Below, one piece after another: positions 1 to 12,340 of a stretch of 64,000 nucleotides of DNA. The notes below the pieces were generated by a model. That model had not been told where the DNA came from, searched no databases, and saw only the letters and a list, made by a program, of their open reading frames with translations. The position numbers were made by a program, and so were the translations under genes. Each line of letters starts with the position of its first letter. Position 1 is the first letter of the stretch. Source of the stretch: Octopus sinensis (lineage: Eukaryota); assembly GCF_006345805.1 (NCBI RefSeq), contig NC_043010.1, forward strand, positions 3,348,001 through 3,412,000, given 5' to 3'.

Positions 1-70
1 CTATCTATCTATCTATCTAACTATCTAACTATCTATCTATCTATCTATATCTATCTATCTATCTTTCTAA

Positions 71-119
<49 letters not shown>

Positions 120-400
120 GTATGTATATGTATATATAGATACATATAAGAGAGAGAGAGAAAGATAGATAGATAGATAAATATATATATATATATGCTT
201 ATATATATATGTATATATACATATATATACATATGTATATGTATATATGTATACATATAAATGCATATATATATATATATAATATATATATATATACACA
301 CATACACACAAACACACACACACACATACATATACATACATATATGTATACATAGATGTACATAAACACACACAGATGCGTTCATACACACACAAAGTTA
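1..400. repeat. Compound microsatellite (CTAT)n/(CT)n/(TA)n/(GA)n/(CA)n
   Basis: Directly visible; explains ORFs 59..391 and 102..395. Confidence 0.97.
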
Positions 401-709
401 CTCACACAGATAGGAGACTAGCTTCTTTGTAGTGTTGCCATAGTAATTGCAGTAGAAAAGTCTGATAACCTAGATGATGCAGCATTGGGATAAATAACTA
501 GCCAAGTAATTGAGTTATATTTGCTGGGATTTGAAATGGACTGAGTGGATGGAACAGATACACAGAGTGTAATTTGATTGCAACATGATGACAATGGGGA
601 TGAAAAGTGTCGGTTGTGTATAGGTGGAAATGGAAGTAATACATGGTACCAGATAAATTGTTTAAGAGAGATAAACAGCTAAAGAAAGAGAAAGAGAGAG
701 AGAGAGACT

Positions 710-740
<31 letters not shown>

Positions 741-877
741 AGTGAGAGTGAGAGAGAGACAGAGAGACTGAGACACACATAAGATTAGAACAAAGGGTTA
801 TATATTATATACAGAGGTCCATAAATTTTTTTTTATTTTCTTTCCTTTTTCTTTCTTTTCCATTCATCCTCAGAGCC

Positions 878-1010
878 ACCACTACTACCATCATCACCAC
901 CACCACCATCATTGCCACCACCACCACCAACACCACCATCATCATCAACGTCATCTATCCATCCAACCATCCAGCCATCCAGCTATTCATCCATCCATCT
1001 ATCCATCCAT
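878..1010. repeat. (CAC/CAT)n and (CATC)n low-complexity tract
   Basis: Directly visible tri- and tetranucleotide runs. Confidence 0.9.
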
Positions 1011-2904
1011 CCTCTTTAGTCTCCTCATCCTTCCCTTCGCCTGCCTTGCAACAAAATAATCGTAAAAATGATGTGATATCTTCTGGTCTAAAGAATTCAG
1101 TACTAGGAAATTTTCACACAGCTTAGCAATTAATAGAAGCACAATGAAACATTACTTTTGTTGGTAGCTGCACCTGCTGAGGCATAAAAAATATTTTAAT
1201 GTACCTACAAAACTAGCACGTCTGGGTCGTATAGGGTAAATCACTTTAGTCAATCAATTTCTCTCTACTTTAACTCTTTGCCTCCCAGAGGCACTATTTC
1301 TCTATGAGTTCATGCCAAATTTTCCATCTCTCTTTTTCATTCGATACTTTTGTTTTTCTACTTGTATTTATGTAGCCATCATGATATTTTGAGGTTAAAT
1401 TTTACCATAATTACTTTTAGAAGTGTTTTTATATTTGCATTCCTTTCCTTTTTCTTTCTTTTTTTGTTTATTTTTGTACTTTTTTTTTTATTTACTTCTC
1501 TTTTAGATATTTCCTTGTATAATATATTTATCATGTCTTACAATCACCAAGTAGTTGTTGCTCTAGGGAAAACTACCTGATAAACATTTATAGAAAACCC
1601 ACCACACAAAATTTCATTCTAGACTGCACTGAAGAGAAAACAAAAACAGAGAAAAAAAACAAAAACAACAACAACAACAGTAGTAACTACAATAATCGTA
1701 AGTAAATAAATAAGCAATTTATTTCATAGACAAACGTTTACTCTTGAATACTCACCAATAATTTCCCCCTCATTGAGCTATGATCTACCTCTATATCATT
1801 GCTATTTCTATTACAAAGATCTCAGCTTCTCTCACGTTAATCAATGCTATACTACATCTCTTTAAAACCACTTGATGCCCTTTTCTCCCCTCCTACTATC
1901 CTTATCCTTGTACCTCAGCTCACCAGAGAGTGTTGAATATATTATACTTTGGAGTTGTGCTTGTTTCTGCAAGTGATTTCATTTGAGACTGTATTGAAGC
2001 CAAAAGTTATAACAAGGAAGAAAAGCCATTTTAACCCTTTAAAGACACACAAAACAGTTGTCTTTTATCTGCGCCCATGTTGCATACTGGGACATTGTCT
2101 TGAAGGGTTTTATGCAAGTAAATCCCCTCCAGTACTTATCTTTAAGTTTGTTACTTATTATATTGGTCTACTTTGCTAAACTGCTAAGTTACGGGAATGT
2201 GCACAAGCCAACATCTGTTGTCAAGTAGTGGTGGAGGGACAAACACAGACACAAAGATACACTCACACAGGCATGCATATGCACACACATGCACACACAC
2301 ACACTGATGTAAGATAAGTAAGTACCAGGCATTAAAAAAACATACATAGTGGGGGCAATTTGTTTGATTATAATCTTTGAAGGTGATGCTCCAGCATGGC
2401 TGAAACTCGTAAAAGATAAAAGCTGGTCATTCAAACAGTGCTTATCATGTGATAATACAAAAGTAGCTTCCTGATTGCTTTCCTTCAAATGATTTTTTTT
2501 TTTTTTTTTTTTTGCAAGAGACCATCTTGCCAGCTAATAAAAACTAGCTTGCCACTCCAAGACTGCCACTCAGAATGTGGAGAGCCAGAACAAATACCAC
2601 CAGGTATCTAGTTCACTGCTCTAACAATGCCCCCAATCCACCACCCTGGACTGGGGATTTATTTTATTGACCCCCAAAAAGGATGAAAGGCAAAGATGAC
2701 TTCAGCAGGATTTGAGCTCAGAATGTAAGAAGCTGAAGAAACAACTATTTCGAGGTATATTGTTCAAAGTGCTATTCAATCAGTTGATTTTTTGCTTCAA
2801 CATTAACCTCATTTGAATATCTGGCTTCAAGAAGTCAGCAATGGTTCTCTACATAGTCACTCAATTTGCCAGAAATAGCAGTCAAATCTTCCTCAAATCA
2901 TCAT

Positions 2905-3230
2905 TATCTTCATATAATGTCTGTTTTCTATGTAGTAATGGGGTGGACAGTTCAGCAGGGGCTAGTGAGCTAGAAGACTGTATCAAACCCCGATATCTGC
3001 CTTGGCATGATTTCTATGGCTGGATGCCCTTCCTTTGCACCAACCTCTTTACCAAGTGTACAAAGTGCTTTTTACATGGCACCAGTACAAGCAAGGTTCC
3101 TGTATAATTTACAACTCTCAACTAAAGTGAGAGTTGTATTTGGGGGAGGCGGTTTTTATGCCAGGTGATAAAGGGCTAAAGTATGTTAGAGGGACAGAAA
3201 CAGGTGTTTTGCTGCAGGGAGATATGTGGT
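2905..3230 (+). mobile_element. Interspersed repeat carrying the GGATGCCCTTCC...CCAAC motif (retroposon-derived, degenerate)
   Basis: TGGCTGGATGCCCTTCCTTTGCACCAACC at ~3017. Related motifs occur at ~15385 and ~52827 (+) and at ~7331, ~53088, ~54320 and ~59470 (-). Family assignment is inference. Confidence 0.6.
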
Positions 3231-3805
3231 CCTTAAAAAAAAAGAATACATAAGCTAATATAAGCCAATATACACTATTGAGGGAAATAAAGATGGAATA
3301 ATCATGCGAGGAATACTTTTTGCATTAGTCTGCTCATCAAGGAAGACTAGAATATTTGAGATATTTTGTTTGTGATCTCTGGTTTTGGAGGTCAAGTCTT
3401 GGAGAATTCAACTATACTTTTAAATCTACCTTAGTTCAATAAAATAAGCATTATAAAGGTGCCAGGGTCAATTTAACTTGCTAAAATTCCATCCTTTTGC
3501 AAATAATTAGTGTCTTGTGTTGAGATAAAAATCAAAAAAAGAATTACCTATTTTCTTTGATTTTTTTTTCTCAGAAAGTTTACATCTAAACGAATAAACA
3601 CTTCCATAGATATTCAAAGAAAAGCAATGATTGAGTATTTTGTTTAGTATATCAAGGAGTGATGGCAAAAAGAATGAATAAGGGATAGGAAGAAAAAAAA
3701 ACTTGATTTATATATATATATTATATATATATATATATATAAGTTTGTATGTATATGTAAATATATGTATGTATATATGTATGTACATACATACTTACAT
3801 ACATT

Positions 3806-3849
<44 letters not shown>

Positions 3850-4354
3850 TGCAGATGTATATATATATATAAATTTTTTTTGTGTTTCCGCGCTAGACAT
3901 GGTTTTTCAACAACAGACTCAAGAACATCCACACCAACACAGCACAAAGAAACTCAAGCAACCTTTATGTTGATTTATGTTGATTGATCTTTGAAATTAA
4001 ATTTAAAAAATAAATAAAAAAGACAAAGATGTTTATATACTAATGATGGGTTGAATACATTCAACAAGATGAATGAAAATACTTTGCTGTCAACTCATAG
4101 TTACTGCCATAATTACATGTTTAAACAGTTTTCAAGATTTGTTTCCAAGTTTGCAACAAGATTTTTAAGTGTCAAAAAAAAATTTTTTAAAAACTATATA
4201 TACATGCACACATACAAACACACACACACATATACTTATATGTGTGTCAATATATTTATATATATACACATACACATACTCAAAAATAAATCAGTCTAAG
4301 AAAAGAATGAATAATAAATTAAATCAGGTAGATAATGTGTTATTTTGATGAACA

Positions 4355-4580
4355 TTAACCCTTTAGTGTTCAGATTATTCTATCAAACATAATGTTTATT
4401 GATTCCCATTGATTTGTATTAATCATGCATTATCTCATATCTTCAAGATCTTGATGGTGTAATTACTTAATGTAGAATAACATTGTAGGGTAGGTGTGAG
4501 AGCCTGGATCTGGTCAGTTTGAACATAAAACAGATTAGCTATTTTGGCCGGATATGGCCGGTTTAAATACTAAAGGTTAA
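4355..4580 (+). mobile_element. TTAA-flanked MITE (piggyBac-type termini), family 1
   Basis: Begins TTAA-CCCTTTAG and ends CTAAAGG-TTAA. Homologous copies at ~47375-47587, ~55565-55801 and (reverse, partial) ~51376-51535. Confidence 0.8.
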
Positions 4581-5046
4581 AGATTGATGAACAGAGACAT
4601 ATCAATCTGAAGTCTTCATTATGAATATAACCTTAGTGTACTTCTCTAGCTGATACCCTAAAATCTGTATAGAGAAGACTTTGCTAAGAATTGTGAAAAA
4701 AAAATTGTAAAGCTACCAAGTTCAATGATGTTTACTATACTGACACCAAACATTTTATATTTAGAGGAGAAACATTGGAGAAACACAAAGATAATTGACC
4801 AAACTCAGTAAACAGGTTTCAGAATATAGCTCAGAGTGGCCCGTGGCATGTATTTGAATAACATAGAAGAGTACAGGTATATCAAATACCATACACCATA
4901 AATCCTTGACTTATTTAAATTGTTACAGCCACTAGAGGTTGCATCATAACTACCAAATGACAAGACCAGCTCCACTTGAGATTCAAGGATTCTAAGGAAA
5001 AGAAAAGACTTATTCCAGTTCTATATTTAAGAGATGAAGAATTATG

Positions 5047-5138
5047 TACATTGTTTACATTATTTACATTTGACGGATATTTGTCCTCATCTTGATGAGG
5101 ACAAATATCCGTCAAATGTAAATAATGTAAATAATGTA
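5047..5138. repeat. Perfect fold-back inverted repeat (38-bp arms, 2-nt loop)
   Basis: 5054-5091 TTTACATTATTTACATTTGACGGATATTTGTCCTCATC is the exact reverse complement of 5094-5131. Pairing extends about 7 bp further with one G.T. Confidence 0.97.
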
Positions 5139-6529
5139 AAAAGATTTATTGTCTGACCTTAATTCCAGTAGCCAAAGGGCTAAAACTAATGCTAAACAGA
5201 GTAAAACACATTTATGGATTTGACAATTACCTAGGCCATAGATTATCTGTATTTGTCTATGTCATTCAGAATATGACAATATATGTAAAAGTCTCCAAAT
5301 ACATTGTCGTATTTTTTCTACCTTTCTGTGCTCTGAGTTCACATGTTGCCAATGTCAACATTCTTCTTCTTGTTTTGCAGCAGAAGAAATAGAGTAGCAA
5401 TCCATTGTGGTGCATTAGAAGAATTTTCAGAACACTGACCAACTTGTCTTGTAATATTTGTTCCCACTCTTTGTATTCTGAGTTCTAAGGTAGCAAAGTT
5501 AATCAGTCAACCAGTTTTGCTCTACTTCCTGAACCTTAGGCACTTTTAAGTAAAGCTTACTCTATTGCAAGCATTCTGACCGGGTTTATAGTTTGAGATC
5601 CTGAAAAAACAAACTTATGGGTGCTAACTTCATTCCCTGACTAAGAAGTAAAAAAAAGCCCCAGCTGGTTCTTCTGAACTATGTTTTCATGACACAAAGT
5701 GATTGGGAGATAAATATCTGCCAAGGTAGATTGTCCGGCTGCATCAAGAAATATTTCCAGTTGACCTAATATCTAGTCTAGATAGCAGGATTAACTCAGT
5801 TAAAGCAGTCAATGCAGACAATGTAGAAGAATTCTTCTGCATGGCAGCAAAATAACTTATTCCCCTCAGCAAACTTTATATACTTACTACTTGCTAACAT
5901 GGATCATCATAAGATTCCTCACATTCTACTGCTTCACTATAATAATGAGTGCTGAAATGTTCTCTAATATAGAGTAACATTCTACTTTGGTAGGTATTCA
6001 TCTCTGAACTGCTTTATGGTATGAAATCAGAGTTAATCTCTAGATCTCAAGAACCAGCTGGGACTTTTGTCTGTATTATTTAGTCGGGGGAAAGGCAGCG
6101 ATCTGGCAGAATTGTTAGCATGTCAGACAAAATGCTGTCAAGTATTTTGTCCATCTTTATGTTCTAAGTTCAAATTCTGCTATGACTGACTAAGGTTTCC
6201 ATCCTTTTGAGGTCAATAAAATAAGTACCAGCTGAAAGGTAGGGTTGATGTAATTGACTAACCCCATCCCCTAAAGTTGCTGGCAGAATCATGAACATGT
6301 TGGACAAAATGCTTTGTGGCAAATTCTCTGGGCCTATAGTAAAAGATACTTACCCAAGGTACTGTAAAGTGAGATTGAACCCAGAACCAAGTGGCTGCAA
6401 AGTGAGCTTCTTAACCACATAGCCATGACTGTACTTAAAGTTATAGTGTATCTGACATCTATTCAACCCTTAGTTCATTATAAATTTGAAAACACAAAGA
6501 ACCATGGAAGAAGGGAAAAAAAGGTGTCA

Positions 6530-6575
6530 AGTGTGTTTGTGTGTGTGTGAGTGTTTGTGTATGTGTGTGTGTGAA

Positions 6576-6615
<40 letters not shown>

Positions 6616-6746
6616 GTATGTATGTGTATATATGTGGAATAACATTTAAGACTGAATCACCTGCGAGGAGATAATATTTGAAAGAGTTATAAGATGTCTG
6701 AAGCAAAAGCAGTTGAGTTGCTTGGAAAAAGAACTGGGAAATATAC

Positions 6747-6800
<54 letters not shown>

Positions 6801-6880
6801 ATGTATGTATGTATGTATGTATGTATGTATGTATGTATGTATGTATGTATGTATGTATATATATATATATATATATATAT
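6530..6880. repeat. (TG)n, (TA)n and (TATG)n microsatellites
   Basis: Directly visible. Confidence 0.95.
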
Positions 6881-7524
6881 AATGCCATCTGATAAAAGAA
6901 GATTTTATCTGTAAGATGTAAGACGAGAATATTTGAACACATTAAAGATGGATGGAGTTGTGAGTGATTAAGGAAGAAAATATCTTGTTGAACAAGCTGT
7001 ATAGTTAAATACAATTAGACATACTTTTATTATAAATAAGAAAGTAAGGAGATGAAGATAACGTAGATAACAAGACAATAGAAGTGTAATTACTTGAAGC
7101 AATTCATATCAATTTCTAATGTTGGCACGAAGCCACAAATTTTGTCGGGGAAGGGGTTTATAGCTGATTAAATTGATCCTTGTATTTATCTGCTATTTAA
7201 TTTGATGACAATGAATATACTGTATTTCCCTGTGTGCATCCCATTTTCTTTTTGTTCTGTCTGTTGTTTTTGAACTGGTGCTCCTTGTCGTTGCATGACT
7301 GGAGCAGTTGACTTGAAAGGTTGTTCACAGGAAGGGCATCTGGCTGTAAACCATTGGCCAGAAAAACTAATCCGTTTCATGTCAATACGGGAAAGTGAAT
7401 GTAAAATGACAATGACAATGATGATGATGATGATGATGGTAATGGTGATGGTGGTGGCAGTGGTTTTGGGGGTGATGTTTGTAATGATAATGATGATCAT
7501 CATGATGAATGTGTGTTTGTGTGA

Positions 7525-7577
<53 letters not shown>

Positions 7578-7989
7578 TCTTAACAATGGCAGCAGGTCAC
7601 ATAATTTGTAGGAGAGATATGGTCAATTAAATCAAATTCAGTACTTGACTGATATCTGGTTTTATTGATTTCAAAAGAAGGAAAAACGAAGCTGATGTTA
7701 ACAAGATTTGATCTTAAGGAATATAAACTCTATGAGGTATTTTGTCTAACAATTCTAACAGTCCACTGTGCTCCAAATTTCTAATATTGGAAATTTATCA
7801 CAGATGTCAGAGTTGGCAAGTTGCTGACCAGCTAGTCAAAATATATCTTCACAAGTGCAGTGCTGTCTTTATGACAAAAATAAGCAATTCTCAGATACCT
7901 AGACCAGAGATAGGTAGTCTATGACAGACATACCCAATGTGACATGCCATGATATGTTATCACCATGTAGCATTCAAAACCAGCATGTT

Positions 7990-8850
7990 GGCTGGCAGAA
8001 TCATTTGCAAGTCAAAGTGCTTAGTAGCATTTCCTCTGACTCTTTAAATTGTAAGTTCAAATTGCATTAAGCTTGAAATCTACCTTTCATCCTTTCATGG
8101 TCAATAAAATAAAATGCCAGCCAAGTACTTGGGTTGTCCCTTCCCAAAAAACTTTTGACCCTGTGCCAAAATTTGAAACCATTATCATGTGATTTTCTAT
8201 AATGTTGAACCACAGGTGACACAATGCAATACAACTAGAATCCAGATTTGTTAACCATATTATTTGGATTAATGGTAAAAAGCATTTCCAGAAATAGTTT
8301 TAAAATTCTTTAATTTCATTCCTGTAAGTTTTGATATCTGTTTAAAAACTTCTACCATGATAGACTGCTTTTAAAGAAATCACAAAATATTAGTATAATA
8401 ATTCCTTCTACTAAAGACAAGAAGCCTGAAATTTTGGGTGAGAAGCTAAGCCAATTAAATCAACCCCAGTGCCCAACTGTTGCTTAATTTATTGAATTTG
8501 AAAGGATGAAAGGCAAAGCCAACCTTGATGAAATTTGAACTCAAAATGTAAGGCTGGAAGAAATGCCACTAAGTATTTTATCTGGTGAGCTAATAATTCT
8601 GCTATTTTGTTGCCTTAAATATCAGCTTAATAATAATTATTTCTTGCATCAGCACAAAGCCTAAAATTTTGGGGGAAGAGGATAGTCAATAACATCGATC
8701 CTAGTGTTCAACTTGTACTTACTTTATCGACTCTGAAAGAAGGAAAGGTAAAGTTGACCTTGGTGAAATCAAAGCTCAGAGCGTAAAGCCAAAAAATACT
8801 CTTTGAAGCATTTTGTTCCGTGTGCTAATGATTTTACCAGCTCACATCCT
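7990..8850. mobile_element. Cluster of three degenerate family-A SINEs (7990-8185 +; 8420-8610 -; 8650-8850 -)
   Basis: Carry variants of GGCAGAA..., GTTCAAAT (B-box-like) and CTTTCATCCTTTC...TCAATAAAATAA matching the younger copies at 34597 and 43711. Confidence 0.75.
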
Positions 8851-11027
8851 TGCAAATATCTATACAATAATAAACATTTGTCATTTTTGTAGCTCTCAGC
8901 ACAGAAATCACGATATCTGGTGAGGAACAATTTTAGATAACCTACATTGATTTTGGCACACATTATCAAAAAGGGTCTTTCATGTAGACTTCTTATGGTA
9001 ACTAGATATCAAAGTATCACAACAAGTAATGTCTGCATTTCTAAAGTTGACAATTTCAAGTCATATCCAAGAACTATGATACAAAAAAAAATTACTTTAG
9101 CTGGTCTCAAAGGGTATTGTATGGTAAAGATTTACTATTCTGTTTATGATAATTTTATACATCACATCCATTCTAATTTTTAAAATATTCATTAGTTTGC
9201 TTGTTCTTTAAAGTTCTTTCCATTTTTTAGTTCCTCCTATTTCTCATGATCTCCATATCAAACTTACATTAAACACAATGAAGGATTTAAAAATGCCTCT
9301 CTTCTGTTGTCCAAAGTATTTATAAGGATAATGCATCTGTCTTCAATGAATGCTCATAATCATCTCCCAATGCCTTCATTATATTTTCCTTCAAAATCTG
9401 AATCTTACGTACAATTCCTTGATAATTGCATTATTTACTGGTTAAAGTCTTAAACATATTGAAATAACACATATTCAGAGAGTTTGAGCTGATGTTTCTC
9501 TTGCTTTTCAATAAGAACTGATTCAGAGCTCAGTTTGAAAGATGTTAAATAATAATGACATACATTGTGTATATAGTGTATGCTGTGTCTCATTTGTACT
9601 CAATCTAAACTCTTATATACACAGAAATACAGTAATTCATGTTGATTCATAAGAGCAGGTTTGGAATGTTCTCATATTTTACAAATGAAATGCTAATAAA
9701 AATTAAATTAACCAATTCAAAAATAAGTTCAAGAAATAGTCTAATCATAGCAAATGGATTGGCCTTAATGTGAGTCATAATGTAAAGCAAAGAATAGAAT
9801 ATAATTTTTAAATAAGAAACTAAAAAGAAGTATAAAAGTTTTAAATACAAACTAGGAATAATTTCTTGATATAAGTTTAAACACACGACAAAGATTTTGA
9901 GAAATTTTGTTGCACAGGTGAATAACTGCAAAAATCAATAGAGCTATATAAAATGCATCTGAATGAGACAATATTTATAGAATAACCACCTTTAATAGAA
10001 TTCTCTGGGCTGGTCTAGGAAGAATAGAGAAATTTTGCGTCTGCTAACATTGATGGAAAATGGTGGCATTAAGTGGAAAATATAGCTTGAAGAGAAAAAA
10101 ATATAGGATGCAGACATGTTTAAAGCAATACTTTAACATAATAGAGGAATATTGGTGTGCAGGAAAAAGCATGCATGAAACAGGTACTTTTCGGTGTTTA
10201 ACACACTGATGCTACCTTATAGCAAAGATAGATGTATTAGGCTGCAAATCCATAACTGCTGGTTTCAAATACCACTGTAATAATGTGCACAAGGTATCAA
10301 TCTCCACAATGGAGAGAAATGTTTTGGCCTGATTTTTTTCAAAATATATTTCTTTCAGAATGAAATAATGATTTCATACCCAGATAAATAGCCTCAGATT
10401 TATAGAGATGGGGAAATTAGATTGCTAGAACATATATCTTACAAGAAAATTAGCAGTGTAAGTGAAGGGAAGTGTTATAAGTAGATATGAAAAGCAAAGT
10501 CAGAGACTTGGATTGCCAGGAGTGTTGCAAATCTCCATTTTGCTTGATGCATATTATAGCCTAATAGTTTTGATTAATGTTAGTTGAAAAAATAGAGCAT
10601 AATGCATCTAAAAAATGCTAGTAAATTCAAGATGTCCATATATATTACTGATACTTATTTTAACAACCATATACATAATAGAATTCTGTATTTTATTTTA
10701 TGTATTAGTCAGAGAGGTGTCCTCATCTCGATTGTTGCTTTTCACTATGTTTCAGTTGTGTACAATCTAGTTTTCTGCAGGTGTCATCTGATTCACCTTA
10801 ATGCAGTAACCTACAGGTTCTGAGTTCAGTCCCAGCAAAGACACTAAGGTGAATCATGTGACACCTGGAGCATACACAGCTGAAACATAGTGAAAACACT
10901 ACTCTGAATAATACATAACGTATATACATAATTCTGCACATCCACCAATATATCAGCTTGTCTAATAAATTTCATTGAAATATTTTACAATAGTTCTGAT
11001 GCCAGTTTTAAGTTAGTACATAATATT

Positions 11028-11239
11028 CTTTTACTCTTTTTACTTGTTTCAGTCATTTGACTGCGGCCATGCTGGAGCAACGCCTTTAGTTGAGCAAATC
11101 GACCCCGGGATTTATTCTTTGTAAGCCTAGTACTTATTCTATTGGTCTCTTTTGCCGAACCGCTAAGTTGCGGGGACACAAACACAACAGCATCGGTTGT
11201 CAAGCAATGTTGGGGGGACAAACACAGACACACAAACAT

Positions 11240-11272
<33 letters not shown>

Positions 11273-11432
11273 CGACGGGCTTCTTTCAGTTTCCATCTAC
11301 CAAATCCACTCACAAGGCTTTTGGTCGGCCTGAGGCTATAGTAGAAGACTTGCCCAAGGTGCCACCAGTGGGACTGAACTTGGAACCATGTGGTTGGTAA
11401 GCAAGCTACTTACCACACAGCCACTCCTGTGC
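11028..11432 (-). mobile_element. tRNA-derived SINE, family B (near full length, internal CA/TA microsatellite)
   Basis: Near-identical to the reverse complement of 24056-24476 and to 41168-41577. Has a tRNA-like head with GGTTCAGTCCCA B-box-like motif and a (GAGTAAAA)n tail. Confidence 0.9.
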
Positions 11433-12034
11433 CTACTGTGAATTGATGTTTAATTTCTGATAGTGATAATTATTAGATGAAATTTCTTTGTTGGTAATTC
11501 AATATTTCTCGGTTACTCTGCAGAATGTAAAGTGATAGTAAAGTCAGGTCGAGTACAATAGTATTGACTCTTTCATTTGGGCATTCATGAATTTGATCTC
11601 TGGGAAAGAAAAATTCATTGAAAGTTACTCCACATGTAGAATTCCAATTCCTGATGCTTGTGAGCACAACTGAGTATAAGTTGAGTAAGTGTTCACTTCT
11701 TGCTCAATGATGCAGATTTTACATTCAGTTTTGCAGATGAGAATAGAGTGCCTTCATTACTAAACAAAGGTTAGGCCGGAAAAAATATCTGCAGATAATC
11801 AGAGATGATGTGTTCAAAATATTCACAAACAGCATACACAATGAGGTTTTGAAAACATATCAAGTTATCTCATTGCCTGTTGTATTTCAAAAACACACAT
11901 AGAATCAAATATATTTTATCTGAACTAGAACTGACTACTAAATTATGGATAAGAAGTCATCATCAATCAAGGTGTCAGATATACCAAATTCTCTCTAACA
12001 TTCCTTCTTTCTTTAAATGTTTATGATTTCTGAG

Positions 12035-12340
12035 GAAATTTGGCTCAGATATTGAGTCATGAGTTCGATTCCTGGCAGTGTATTGTGACTTTGAGCATGA
12101 TACTTTATTTTATGTTGCTCCTCCAGTCCACTCAACAGCCAAAAATGAGTAACACCTGTATTTCAAACAGCTAGCCTTGTCGCATTTTGTGTCACACCGA
12201 ATCTCCCTGATAACTACATTAAGGAGTATGTGTGTCTGTGGAGTGTTCAGCCACTTGCAGGTTAATTTCACAAGCTGGTTGTTCTGTTGATTGGATCAAC
12301 TGAAACAATTGTTGTCATAACTGACAGAGTGCCAGTGGCA
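12035..12340 (+). mobile_element. Degenerate tRNA-derived SINE, family C
   Basis: GAGTTCGATTCC B-box, and a 3' body (GCCTTGTC...GGAGTGTTCAGCCACTT...TTAATTTCAC...GATCAAC) homologous to the reverse complement of 37618-37998. Confidence 0.8.

Noticed and set aside
3110-3138. 11-bp perfect hairpin TACAACTCTCA-N7-TGAGAGTTGTA
   Set aside because: Short, lies inside an interspersed repeat, and there is no independent evidence of function.
3329-3392. Ankyrin-like peptide SAHQGRLEYLRYFVCDL
   Set aside because: Single short resemblance, preceded by a stop, with a weak donor and no neighbouring ankyrin units.
9647-9931. 94-aa hydrophobic minus-strand ORF suggesting a membrane protein
   Set aside because: The F/L/I/Y composition is what T-rich DNA gives by default; no motif or family recognised.
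10070-10340. Another long + frame broken only by TGA
   Set aside because: Such runs are expected several times per window by chance in AT-rich DNA, and the peptide is unrecognisable.
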